Shown here piece after piece: positions 29,410 to 39,560 of a stretch of DNA of 64,000 nt. The first letter of the stretch is position 1; the number at the start of each line of letters is the position of its first letter. Position numbers and translations under genes: made by a program. Origin of the DNA: Marinilabilia sp. UBA5340 (GTDB taxonomy: Bacteria > Bacteroidota > Bacteroidia > Bacteroidales > Marinilabiliaceae); NCBI GenBank assembly GCA_002411085.1, contig DHQK01000129.1, forward strand, positions 35,977 to 99,976, given 5' to 3'. Below the pieces are notes generated by a model, which ran no database searches, was not told where the DNA came from, and saw nothing but the letters and a program-made list of their open reading frames with translations.

Positions 29410-30704
29410 GGGTATTAATGTTTGGGTGGGAATTTCCCCCGCATATATCCGGTGGTCTGGGAACAGCTTGTTTTGGCCTTACCCGGGGGCTTTCCTATAT
29501 TTCCGATTTGCAGGTTTTGTTTGTTGTGCCAAAAGCTTTTGGTGATGAGGAACAGCATGGAATCAGTTTAATTGGAGCCAATAAGGTTCCCGTAAAGCAT
29601 CGAAAACTCAATCTGAAGCACTTTAGCCGCAAACTGGATTACATTGAGGTTGGTTCCCGTATGATGCCATATACAGATCCGGATGAATATTTCCAGATAC
29701 AAAAGTCAAAAAGTGAAAAGAGTGCTTTTCAGTATGTGCAAACGGATGAGTTTGGACAGATTCCGTTTACCGGAGCTTACGGGGCAAATCTTTTGCAGGA
29801 AATCCATAATTATGCCCTGGTGTCCAATGTGATTGCCCAGGACTATGCTTTTGATCTTATTCACGCGCACGATTGGTTGACTTATCCCGCAGGAATAGCC
29901 GCCAAAGAGGCCACCGGTAAGCCTTTGGTGGTACATGTGCATGCGACCGATTTTGATCGGAGCGGGGGAAGTGTGAATCCTGTGGTTTTCGATATTGAAA
30001 AAAAGGGTATGGAGGCTGCCGACAAAGTGATTGCTGTAAGTAATCTCACACGTCGTACGGTTATAGAAAAATATGGAATCAATGCCGATAAGGTGGTTAC
30101 AGTATACAATGCGGTTGAACCACTGGAGAAAAATGATAAACCTGCATTTCAGAAAGGAACAAATGAAAAAGTGGTAACTTTTCTCGGACGAATTACCATG
30201 CAAAAAGGCCCCGAATATTTTGTAGAAGCAGCTCATCGTGTTTTGCAAAAAACACAAAATGTGCGTTTTGTAATGGCTGGTAGCGGCGATATGATGCATC
30301 GGATGGTGCGCAGGGCTGCACAGCTCAAAATAATGGACAAGTTTCATTTTACCGGTTTTCTTAGGGGAGAAGAGGTGTTCAGTATGTTGGCAATGAGTGA
30401 TCTTTATGTGATGCCTTCTGTTTCCGAACCATTCGGCATTTCTCCGCTGGAAGCCATGCAAAGCAATGTGCCGGTATTGATATCTCATCAGTCAGGGGTG
30501 GCAGAGATTCTTACCTATGCGATCAAAACCAACTTTTGGGATGTAGATGCCATGGCCGATGCAATTTATGGCGTGCTCAACTATCCGGCACTTTCCAAAA
30601 TGTTTGTGAAACATGGTAAAGAGGAGGTGGACTCGTTGAAATGGGAAAAGTCGGCACTTGATGTAAAGGCCGTCTATGATGCTGTTCTGCAGCAATTCTA
30701 TTAA
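29406..30704 (+). CDS. GT4 glycosyltransferase of the glycogen locus
   Basis: WEFPPHISGGLG, HAHDWLT, GRITMQKGPEYF and PSVSEPFGISPLEA motifs; 4-bp overlap with the upstream gene. Confidence 0.9.
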   Translation: MRVLMFGWEFPPHISGGLGTACFGLTRGLSYISDLQVLFVVPKAFGDEEQHGISLIGANKVPVKHRKLNLKHFSRKLDYIEVGSRMMPYTDPDEYFQIQKSKSEKSAFQYVQTDEFGQIPFTGAYGANLLQEIHNYALVSNVIAQDYAFDLIHAHDWLTYPAGIAAKEATGKPLVVHVHATDFDRSGGSVNPVVFDIEKKGMEAADKVIAVSNLTRRTVIEKYGINADKVVTVYNAVEPLEKNDKPAFQKGTNEKVVTFLGRITMQKGPEYFVEAAHRVLQKTQNVRFVMAGSGDMMHRMVRRAAQLKIMDKFHFTGFLRGEEVFSMLAMSDLYVMPSVSEPFGISPLEAMQSNVPVLISHQSGVAEILTYAIKTNFWDVDAMADAIYGVLNYPALSKMFVKHGKEEVDSLKWEKSALDVKAVYDAVLQQFY

Positions 30705-30768
30705 TACTGAGGTATTATATGACTATTTTAATAGGTTATTGTAATTCAGAAAAGAAAAGAACAAAAAT

Positions 30769-32151
30769 ATGAAAACAGTTTGTCTATACTTTCAGGTTCA
30801 CCAGCCATTCAGATTCAGGAGATATCGATTTTTCGATATAGGAAATGATCATTATTACTTTGATGATTACACCAATGAATCTATTCTAAACAAGATAGCT
30901 GTTAATTGCTATTTACCCACCAATAATTTGTTGCTTAAGCTGATCAGGCAACATAAGGGAAAGTTCAAGGTAGCTTTCAGTATTACCGGGGTGGCCATTG
31001 AGCAATTTAAACTTTATGCTCCGGAAGTGCTGGAAAGTTTCAGAGCACTGGCAGCCACAGGTCAGGTTGAATTTCTGGCCGAAACTTATGCTCATTCACT
31101 GGTAGCTTTAAAAGACGAAGATGCTTTTCGTCAACAGGTCAATATGCACAGTGAAATGGTGGAAGAGCTTTTTGGGCAGAAACCTGCTGTATTCAGAAAT
31201 ACAGAGCTCATCTATTCCGATCACATCGGGGATATGGTATCCCGCATGGGTTTTAAAGCTATGTTGACGGAGGGGGCTAAACATGTTCTGGGTTGGAAAA
31301 GTCCTAATTTTCTCTATTGTAACACTGTCAATCCCCGGTTGAAAGTTTTGCTCAAAAACTATAAATTGAGTGATGATATAGCTTTTCGTTTTGGGAATAA
31401 AGAGTGGGATGAGTGGCCACTGACAAGCAGCAAATTTGCCAATTGGGTCAATCAGCTGGATAAAAAGGAGGAGGTGGTCAATCTTTTTATGGACTATGAG
31501 ACATTTGGAGAGCATCAGTCCAAAGAGACCGGGATCTTTGAGTTTTTGGAATATCTCCCCAAAGAGATACTGAGGCATAAGTCACTGAAGTTTGCTACAC
31601 CTTCGGAAGTGGTTTCCGAGCTTCAGGTTATTGCTCCGGTGAATGTTCCACATCCCATTTCCTGGGCCGATGAAGAACGTGATCTCACTGCCTGGCTTGG
31701 AAATGAGATGCAACAAGAGGCTTTCGATAAGTTATATGCTCTTTTGCCCAAAATGAACAGGTGTACGGATTCCAGACTTTTGAAGGACTGGAACTATCTG
31801 CAATGTAGTGACCATTTTTATTACATGTGTACCAAGTTTTTTTCTGATGGAGATGTGCATGCTTATTTTAATCCTTATGAAACACCTTATGAGGCATTTA
31901 TCAATTACATGAATGTTCTGAGTGATTTCTCCATCCGATTGAATGCAGCGGTTCCCTTTAGCTCAGAAGAAAAAGAATTGGCCAACTTAGCTGGTATTCT
32001 GGAAGACCGTGATGAAAAAATAAAAAAACTGGAAGAGGAGTTGCAAAAACTCCGGAGCAGAAAGAAAAAGAAACCTGCTCCGAAAACTTCATCTGCCACG
32101 GAGAAGAAAAAAACTCCAAAAGCAGCCGCAAACGTGAAGAGTAAGAAGTAA
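30769..32151 (+). CDS. GH57 alpha-amylase/4-alpha-glucanotransferase-like protein with Lys-rich tail
   Basis: FQVHQP, ETYAHSL, FRNTELIY (nucleophile Glu), FMDYETFGEH (acid/base Asp) and SDHFYYM motifs. Confidence 0.9.
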   Translation: MKTVCLYFQVHQPFRFRRYRFFDIGNDHYYFDDYTNESILNKIAVNCYLPTNNLLLKLIRQHKGKFKVAFSITGVAIEQFKLYAPEVLESFRALAATGQVEFLAETYAHSLVALKDEDAFRQQVNMHSEMVEELFGQKPAVFRNTELIYSDHIGDMVSRMGFKAMLTEGAKHVLGWKSPNFLYCNTVNPRLKVLLKNYKLSDDIAFRFGNKEWDEWPLTSSKFANWVNQLDKKEEVVNLFMDYETFGEHQSKETGIFEFLEYLPKEILRHKSLKFATPSEVVSELQVIAPVNVPHPISWADEERDLTAWLGNEMQQEAFDKLYALLPKMNRCTDSRLLKDWNYLQCSDHFYYMCTKFFSDGDVHAYFNPYETPYEAFINYMNVLSDFSIRLNAAVPFSSEEKELANLAGILEDRDEKIKKLEEELQKLRSRKKKKPAPKTSSATEKKKTPKAAANVKSKK

Positions 32152-32172
32152 GTTTTTGATTTAAAACATAGT

Positions 32173-35100
32173 ATGATGGATAGTTTTCTGAAACCGGATT
32201 TTGTTTTTGAGACAAGTTGGGAAGTGTGTAATAAGACCGGTGGTATTCACACCGTGCTTTCTTCTAAAGCCAGTACTTTGGTGGATCAGTTCCGTGATAA
32301 TGTAATATTTGTTGGGCCTGATGTGTGGCGGGGGCCGCATAAGAATCCGGAATTTTTGCCGGATCCTTCCTTGTTTCCCGGATGGCAAAATGTTTTAGCA
32401 CAGGAGGGGCTGAGAGTCAAGACAGGTCGCTGGAATATTCCCGGTCAACCTGTGGTGTTGTTGGTCGACTTTAGTCCTTTTGTGGCAAAGAAGAATGAAA
32501 TTCTGGCCGGTTTTTGGGAAAGTTTTAAGCTGGACAGCCTTTCCGGTCAGTGGGACTATGTAGAGCCCGTTTTGTTTGGCTATGCTGCAGGAATGGTAAT
32601 TGAAAGCTATTATAAATTTTTCATTCCTGACAGCGAAAAAGTGGTGGCTCATTTTAATGAATGGATGACTGGAAGTGGAGCGCTGTATCTCAGGCAAAAT
32701 TTACTTCGCATAGGAACTGTTTTTACTACTCACGCCACCGTTGTCGGACGATCACTCGCCGGACACGGAGCCAATATCTATGAGCAGTTGGAGGAGTTGG
32801 ATCCCGATTCTGTAGCTGGAGAACTGAATGTGGTATCCAAACACTCCATGGAAAAAACCACGGCAGGTAATGTTGATTGTTTTACCACGGTTTCGGATAT
32901 TACAGCCCGCGAATGTGCCAGAGTTTTGTCGCGCGATGTCGATGTGGTGACACCCAATGGGTTCAATAATCAAATTGTTCCTGTGGCGGAAGAGTACCAG
33001 GAGAAACGAAAAAAAGCCCGGGAGAGACTGATTCAGGTTACCGAGGCTTTACTCGGAATCAAAGTGGGAAAGGATCCGTTGTTTATTGCCAATAGCGGAC
33101 GGTATGAGTATCGCAACAAAGGAGCAGATGTTTTTTTGGATGTGCTGAAGAAACTCAATGAAGATGGAACGGGTGAACGTGAAATTCTGGCCTTCGTTCT
33201 CATTCCCGCTAATACTTTTGGGCCCAGAAAAGATCTGATGTCCAGACTTGCCGGAGGAAATGTTGACCAACCATTGCCTAATCCGTTTCTAACACACGGT
33301 CTAAATGATATTGGTTACGACCCCATCATCAATAAAATTCAGGATATACATCTCAGCAATTCAGCGCAGGAAAGAGTGAAGCTGATATTTGTGCCCAGTT
33401 ATCTTAATGGGGATGATGGCATTTTCAATGTGCCCTACTATGATTTGTTGATGGGGATGGATCTCACTGTTTTTCCTTCCTATTACGAGCCTTGGGGATA
33501 TACCCCTCAGGAAAGTGTTGCCTTTGGAGTTCCCACTGTGACAACCTCTCTGGCCGGGTTTGGATTGTGGTCATCCAGTCATTCCAAAAATATTTCGGAA
33601 GGAGTGGAGGTGGTTCCCCGCAATGATCATAACTATTCTCAGGTAGTGGATCAGATCGCCGATGTGGTGGAAGATTTCTGTCGGAGAGGTGCTGATGAAG
33701 TTTCCGGTTACAGAGAAAGAGCCCGCAAACTAGCTTTGATGCTGGAATGGGATTCCCTGATAAAAAATTATTACCAGGCATACGATATTGCGCTAAAAGA
33801 GGTGAATAACCGACGGGATCAATTCAAGGCAATCAAGCGTGAAGTGCGCATCCGTTATGTGCCTGAAACCAGTCCCTTACCCGGATGGAAAAAGCTGGTT
33901 GTCAAATCGCGCCTGCCTGAGCGCATTAAAGTGCTGCATGAGTTGACCCATAATCTTTGGTGGGCCTGGAATTATCCTTTGTTAGAACTCTTCGAATATA
34001 TTGATCCGGAAATATGGGAAAAAGTTGGTAAAAATCCCGTTCAATTACTGGACAAAGTCTCGTATGACAGATTGAGTGAGCTTGCAGCCGATCAGTATTT
34101 CGTAGACAAACTGGACCAGATCTATACCTGTTTCAGGAAATACATGGATAAGGATTTTACAGAAAACCCACGTCTCGCCTACTTCAGCATGGAGTACGGT
34201 CTGAATAGCGTACTGAAAATTTACTCAGGAGGCCTTGGAATTCTTGCTGGTGATTATCTGAAAGAAGCCAGTGACAGGGGAGTGAAAATGGTTGCTGTGG
34301 GGCTTTTGTACCGGTTTGGTTATTTTACCCAAAATCTCTCTATCAATGGCGAACAAACAGCCCATTATGAAGCTCAGGACTTCTCACAGCTGCCGTTGGA
34401 AGAGGTTCGCGGAAAAGATGGACATCCTTTATATGTCCATATCGAACTTCCGGGTCGCAGCCTTCAGGCCAAGGTGTGGAAAGCACAAGTGGGACGCATT
34501 CCGCTTTATCTTATGGATACCGATGTGGATCGTAACACTCCCGCTGATCGTCAGATTACGCACCAACTGTATGGTGGTGACTGGGAGAACAGGCTTAAAC
34601 AGGAGATTCTGCTTGGAATAGGAGGAATCCGGTTGCTCAAGGCACTCAATGCACATGTGGATATTTACCACATTAATGAGGGGCATGCCGCTTTGATAAA
34701 CGTTGAGCGACTGGTGGATCTGGTTGAGCAGAAATACAGTTTTGCTGAATCTATGGAGATTGTCAGGGCTTCATCGCTTTTTACTACTCATACTCCTGTA
34801 CCTGCAGGTCATGACAAATTTGATGAGGATTTATTCCGGATCTATCTGCGCCATGTTCCCGGCAAACTGAATATCACCTGGGATGACTTTATGGACTTAG
34901 GCCGGGAGCATCCCGGAGGAGACGAGAAGTTTTCAATGAGTGTACTTGCTGCCAAATCTTCTCAGGAGATGAATGGAGTAAGTGCATTGCATGGGGATGT
35001 TTCCAGAAAGATGTTTCAATCATTGTGGAAAGGGTATTTCCCTGATGAGTTACATGTGGGCCATGTAACCAATGGAGTGCATTATGGCACCTGGACGGTT

Positions 35101-36405
35101 TCCGAATGGCAGGAATTTTACAAAAGCGTATTTGGAGAAGCTTTTCTTTCGGATGTATCGGATAAACAATTCTGGAAAAAGATTTATGATGTGCCCGACA
35201 AAGAGATTTGGAAAATCAGGCACATATTGAGGAAGAAACTGATGGATTTTATTCGTCAACGGCTTGAAGGAAGCATGAGCAAGCGTCATGACTCACCCGG
35301 ACATATTGTTGAAGTTCTTGATATTTTGGATGAAGATGCGCTTACAATAGGCTTTGCAAGGCGTTTCGCTACCTACAAACGGGCCCATTTGCTTTTCAGG
35401 GATTTGGAAAGATTATCGGAGATTGTCAATGACTTTGAGCGCCCCGTGCAGTTTATTTTTGCCGGGAAGGCGCATCCTGCTGATAGTGGAGGGCAGGATT
35501 TGATTAAGCACATTGTGGAAATATCAAAACAACCGGAGTTTGTTGGGAAAATCATATTCCTGGAGAATTATGACATGGAGCTGGCCAAGCGGTTAGTGAG
35601 TGGGGTGGATGTATGGCTGAATACCCCTACAAGGCCTCTGGAGGCCTCTGGTACAAGCGGGCAGAAAGCTGAGCTGAACGGAGTGCTCAATTTTAGTGTG
35701 CTCGATGGTTGGTGGTACGAAGGCTATGAGGAAGAGGCCGGATGGAGCCTTACCGAAAGGCGTTCCTTCGAGAATCAGGATTTTCAGGATGATCTGGATG
35801 CAGCCACTATTTACAGTATTCTCGAAAATGAAGTTGTGCCTCTTTTTTATGATGTGGATGAGAACGATATCCCCACAGGCTGGGTCAGGTATATCAAGAA
35901 TTCTATTGCCCATATTGCTCCTCAGTTTACAACCCGGCGTATGATTGATGACTACCTGAATCGGTTTTACAATCCTATGTTTGAGCGTCTCGAGCGATTG
36001 TGTCTGAATGACTGTGCACTGGTACATGATATTGCCAGCTGGAAACGTAAAGTTTCTGCCGGATGGAATGATATTGAGTTACTGGAAGTCAATATGCCGG
36101 ATATTGCTCGTCAGGAGTTGGGTATTGGTGATGATTACACAGTAGATGTAAAGTTAAACCTGAAGCAACTGAAAGGGATTGATGTTGGGCTTGAGATGCT
36201 TATTGTGGAGTCTCTGGAAGAAGAGTTTCCTCCCATTTTGCACAAAGAGCCTTTCAATGTAGTGAAGAAAGAGGGATCAGTAGTTCATTATGAGATGAAG
36301 TATAAACTCAACTTGCCGGGATCCTTTAAATTTGGAATTCGGATGTTTCCTAAAAATGAATTTTTGCCACATCAACAAGACTTTGGGCTTGTGAGATGGT
36401 TCTGA
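32173..36405 (+). CDS. Fused GT3 glycogen synthase (N-terminal) + GT35 alpha-glucan phosphorylase (C-terminal)
   Basis: N-terminal: FETSWEVCNKTGGIHTV and FPSYYEPWGYTP (GT3). C-terminal: YFSMEYG...YSGGLGILAGD, HINEGH, FARRFATYKRA, GKAHP and EASGTSGQK (PLP Lys). One uninterrupted 1410-aa ORF. Confidence 0.93.
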   Translation: MMDSFLKPDFVFETSWEVCNKTGGIHTVLSSKASTLVDQFRDNVIFVGPDVWRGPHKNPEFLPDPSLFPGWQNVLAQEGLRVKTGRWNIPGQPVVLLVDFSPFVAKKNEILAGFWESFKLDSLSGQWDYVEPVLFGYAAGMVIESYYKFFIPDSEKVVAHFNEWMTGSGALYLRQNLLRIGTVFTTHATVVGRSLAGHGANIYEQLEELDPDSVAGELNVVSKHSMEKTTAGNVDCFTTVSDITARECARVLSRDVDVVTPNGFNNQIVPVAEEYQEKRKKARERLIQVTEALLGIKVGKDPLFIANSGRYEYRNKGADVFLDVLKKLNEDGTGEREILAFVLIPANTFGPRKDLMSRLAGGNVDQPLPNPFLTHGLNDIGYDPIINKIQDIHLSNSAQERVKLIFVPSYLNGDDGIFNVPYYDLLMGMDLTVFPSYYEPWGYTPQESVAFGVPTVTTSLAGFGLWSSSHSKNISEGVEVVPRNDHNYSQVVDQIADVVEDFCRRGADEVSGYRERARKLALMLEWDSLIKNYYQAYDIALKEVNNRRDQFKAIKREVRIRYVPETSPLPGWKKLVVKSRLPERIKVLHELTHNLWWAWNYPLLELFEYIDPEIWEKVGKNPVQLLDKVSYDRLSELAADQYFVDKLDQIYTCFRKYMDKDFTENPRLAYFSMEYGLNSVLKIYSGGLGILAGDYLKEASDRGVKMVAVGLLYRFGYFTQNLSINGEQTAHYEAQDFSQLPLEEVRGKDGHPLYVHIELPGRSLQAKVWKAQVGRIPLYLMDTDVDRNTPADRQITHQLYGGDWENRLKQEILLGIGGIRLLKALNAHVDIYHINEGHAALINVERLVDLVEQKYSFAESMEIVRASSLFTTHTPVPAGHDKFDEDLFRIYLRHVPGKLNITWDDFMDLGREHPGGDEKFSMSVLAAKSSQEMNGVSALHGDVSRKMFQSLWKGYFPDELHVGHVTNGVHYGTWTVSEWQEFYKSVFGEAFLSDVSDKQFWKKIYDVPDKEIWKIRHILRKKLMDFIRQRLEGSMSKRHDSPGHIVEVLDILDEDALTIGFARRFATYKRAHLLFRDLERLSEIVNDFERPVQFIFAGKAHPADSGGQDLIKHIVEISKQPEFVGKIIFLENYDMELAKRLVSGVDVWLNTPTRPLEASGTSGQKAELNGVLNFSVLDGWWYEGYEEEAGWSLTERRSFENQDFQDDLDAATIYSILENEVVPLFYDVDENDIPTGWVRYIKNSIAHIAPQFTTRRMIDDYLNRFYNPMFERLERLCLNDCALVHDIASWKRKVSAGWNDIELLEVNMPDIARQELGIGDDYTVDVKLNLKQLKGIDVGLEMLIVESLEEEFPPILHKEPFNVVKKEGSVVHYEMKYKLNLPGSFKFGIRMFPKNEFLPHQQDFGLVRWF

Positions 36406-36421
36406 TTTCCAGAAAATATTG

Positions 36422-36469
36422 TCGCCACTTCTACCATTACTCCATGGCCTGAAGTGGCGATCTTTTGTT
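36422..36469. terminator. Hairpin between the convergent fusion gene and glgB
   Basis: TCGCCACTTC...GAAGTGGCGA stem followed by TCTTTTGTT. Confidence 0.55.
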
Positions 36470-36513
36470 GATACATTTGTTTGTCAAAAGCGCTTTTTAT
36501 CCTGAGGATTGTT

Positions 36514-38532
36514 TCAGTGCACCCTCGGTGTCGGGATCTTTTTCAGAATAAGACCAGTGCGGTTGGGAAGATAGAGCTTGAGCTGATGCCCGTTGTTTGG
36601 ATTTCCGCCTACCGGTTCGGTAAAATGAAGAGTTGATGTTTCAATGCGGTCGAAACCTCCATATTCGGGATTGTCAGAATTTAATAATACCTTATACTTT
36701 CCGGGAGCTGTCGGAATTCCATAGTCGGGGAATGATGCAGATGGATGAAAATTGAATACCATCAGGAAATCGCCTCTGTTAAAAGCCAGTATTTTGTCGT
36801 GCTCATTGGCCAGGTTGAGATAGACTGGCAGTGGGCTGAGGATTTTTTCATTGACGACTTTATGTACCATTGCCTTGTCAAAGGCTGCCAGCCATTCATA
36901 TTTTAATTTCTCATCATCGGCAAGGCTCCATTGTCGTCTGGCATATTTGTACGACCAGTTATTGCCTGCTCTGGGGAAGTCGATCCATTCGGGATGCCCA
37001 AATTCATTTCCCATAAAATTCAGGTAACCCCCGTTGGCAGTGGTAAGGGTTGCCAAACGAATTATCTTATGCAACGAAATTGCCCGATCGATAATCAAAC
37101 TCGGCGTATCTTTACTCATGGAATCGTACATCTCCTTGTCGGCCAGTCGAAAAATGATGGTCTTGTCACCGACCAATGCCTGGTCGTGTGATTCAGCATA
37201 CGATATGGTTCGTTCCTCTGGCCGGTGTTGGGTCAGTTCATGGAAAATGGAAGCCATGTTCCAGTGCTCGTCCGGCTGATCTTTGATCAGTTTGATCCAA
37301 AAATCCGGAACTCCCATAGACAAACGAAAGTTAAATCCCAATCCGCCATCTTCAGGAGGACTCACTACTCCGGGGAAACCGCTCATTTCCTCTGCAATGG
37401 TGACCGCATTGGGTTTGATTTTATGAATCAGATGATTTGCCAGCATCAGGTAAACCAGCGCATTCTTGTCCTGACTTCCATCGAAATAGTCGTTGTAGCT
37501 GGTAAATGCTTTTTCCAGTCCGTGATGCGTATAAAGCATACTGGTTACACCATCAAACCGAAAACCGTCGAAGTGAAATTCTTCAATCCAGTAGCGGCAG
37601 TTGGAAAGCAGAAATGCCAGAACTTCCCGTTTCCCATAGTCAAAGCAGCGGGAATCCCAGGCTGAATGAAAGCCTCTGTCGCCCGGATAAAAATACTGAT
37701 CCAGTGTGCCATCAAAACGGCTCAATCCTTCCTCTTCATTTTTTACGGCATGCGAATGTACGATGTCCATTATTACAGCCAGTCCCATCTCGTGCGCTTT
37801 GTTAATCAGGTTTTTCAAGTCTTCGGGGGTTCCAAAGCGGCTACTGGCTGCAAAAAAGTTTGAGACATGATATCCAAAGCTTCCATAATAGGGATGTTCC
37901 TGGATGGCCATGAGCTGAATCATATTGTAACCCGCTTCTTTGATCCGAGGAAGAACCGTTTGGGTGAATTCCTGAAAGGAACCTACTTTTTCGCCTTCCT
38001 GTGCCATGCCTACATGGGCTTCATAAATGAGAGGGTGTCTGAATTGCGGAAGAAACTTCCGGTCAGTCCATTGATAGGGTTCTTTAGGCTGCCACACCTG
38101 GGCACTAAACAAAAGTGTCTGGGGATCCTGAATCACCCGCTCTGCGTAAGCAGGTATCCGAAACCCTGATCCAAATTCCCATTCTACAAAAAGCTTATAA
38201 TGATCTCTGTGTTTGAAAGTGTTGGGAGGTACAAAAATTTCCCAGATACCATGGTCTCTTTGTTGGAGCCGATATGTTTTGTGAGGTTTCCAGTCACAGA
38301 AATCACCGATGAGGTATACGGCTTTTGCATGGGGAGCCCATTCGCGGAAAACCCAGCCGTTACTATAGGGATGCAAACCGAAAAACAGATGCTTGCCAGC
38401 GAAATTTTCAATTCCGTTATGGGAATCATTCAGCTCTTCAATGATGTCATTGTAATCAGAACGGGTGGCTTCAATGAATCCCTGATAAGGAGCAAGCCAA
38501 CTGTCTTTCTCTATTAAGGGGATATTTTTCAT
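36514..38532 (-). CDS. glgB: 1,4-alpha-glucan branching enzyme (GH13_8-type)
   Basis: FREWAP, IYEAHVGM, YYGSFGYHV, FDGFRFDGVTSMLY, AEEMSG, YAESHDQALVGDKT and NFMGNEFGHPEWIDFPR motifs. Confidence 0.93.
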   Translation of the reverse strand: MKNIPLIEKDSWLAPYQGFIEATRSDYNDIIEELNDSHNGIENFAGKHLFFGLHPYSNGWVFREWAPHAKAVYLIGDFCDWKPHKTYRLQQRDHGIWEIFVPPNTFKHRDHYKLFVEWEFGSGFRIPAYAERVIQDPQTLLFSAQVWQPKEPYQWTDRKFLPQFRHPLIYEAHVGMAQEGEKVGSFQEFTQTVLPRIKEAGYNMIQLMAIQEHPYYGSFGYHVSNFFAASSRFGTPEDLKNLINKAHEMGLAVIMDIVHSHAVKNEEEGLSRFDGTLDQYFYPGDRGFHSAWDSRCFDYGKREVLAFLLSNCRYWIEEFHFDGFRFDGVTSMLYTHHGLEKAFTSYNDYFDGSQDKNALVYLMLANHLIHKIKPNAVTIAEEMSGFPGVVSPPEDGGLGFNFRLSMGVPDFWIKLIKDQPDEHWNMASIFHELTQHRPEERTISYAESHDQALVGDKTIIFRLADKEMYDSMSKDTPSLIIDRAISLHKIIRLATLTTANGGYLNFMGNEFGHPEWIDFPRAGNNWSYKYARRQWSLADDEKLKYEWLAAFDKAMVHKVVNEKILSPLPVYLNLANEHDKILAFNRGDFLMVFNFHPSASFPDYGIPTAPGKYKVLLNSDNPEYGGFDRIETSTLHFTEPVGGNPNNGHQLKLYLPNRTGLILKKIPTPRVH

Positions 38533-38611
38533 ATTATGGGTTTTAGCCTGATCATTTCAGGTTAATGCAAGATAAGGAAATTGCATTAAAGGGACAGGTT
38601 TTTTTCAACAA

Positions 38612-39370
38612 TTAGAAAACACCGTTTTTTTTCAGCCTTTCGATATCTTCAGGGGTGTCTACCGACCAGCTTTCAAATTCAGTTTTCCGGGTAGATATGA
38701 TGTAACCGTTTTCGAGCCAGCGTAGTTGCTCCAACGATTCTGCCTGTTCCAGAGCGCCGGGCTTCAGCAGGGTGATTTCGCGCAAAATATCGGAACGGTA
38801 GGCGTAAAGTCCTATGTGAATAAAATAGGGGTGCAGCAGATGCCATTCTTTGCGATCTGCATTTCTGTAATATGGAATGGGAGATCGGCTGAAATAGAGT
38901 GCCTGAGAATGTTTGTTCAGCACCACCTTTGGTTTGTTGGGATCGAAAAGTTCATCATTGTTTTTTAGTGGTTTTACCAAGGTTGCAATTTCTGTGTCGG
39001 CATTGTAAAAGCACGATGTCAGTTTTTCTATTTGTTCGGTTTGTACAAACGGTTCGTCACCCTGAATGTTAACAACCACTTTGAATGTTTTTTCCTGTTC
39101 TTTTTCAACAGTATTTAGGGCTTCAGCACAACGATCAGTACCGCTTTGGTGGTTCTCCGAAGTCATGACTACGTTCCCTCCAAAGGCTTTTACCGCATCA
39201 AATATCCTATGGTCGTCGGTGGCAACAACTACGTAACTCAATACTTTAGCGGCTTGTGTCACTACCCGCTGAATCATTGATATACCCCCTATATCAGCCA
39301 GTGGTTTTCCGGGGAATCGGGTGGAAGCATATCTTGCCGGAATGATTCCTAAAATATCGTTTTTTTTCAT
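38612..39370 (-). CDS. kdsB: 3-deoxy-manno-octulosonate cytidylyltransferase
   Basis: IPARYASTRFPGKPL, SGTDR, NIQGDEP, YFSRSPIP and LEQLRWL motifs. Confidence 0.97.
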   Translation of the reverse strand: MKKNDILGIIPARYASTRFPGKPLADIGGISMIQRVVTQAAKVLSYVVVATDDHRIFDAVKAFGGNVVMTSENHQSGTDRCAEALNTVEKEQEKTFKVVVNIQGDEPFVQTEQIEKLTSCFYNADTEIATLVKPLKNNDELFDPNKPKVVLNKHSQALYFSRSPIPYYRNADRKEWHLLHPYFIHIGLYAYRSDILREITLLKPGALEQAESLEQLRWLENGYIISTRKTEFESWSVDTPEDIERLKKNGVF

Positions 39371-39560
39371 TCGTTTAAAATTTTGTAATTATCTGATAAA
39401 AATCTAATTAAAAATTTGAGAACGAACGGAACCGCTTCGCTCTCACATAATATTTTTTAAACATATTCTTTTTTCATATTTATATTTAAAAAATATCATG
39501 CTCGTTTCATCAGTAAATTATTTAATTAATTCATTGGTTTCCGAAGTTCTGGGAGAACCA

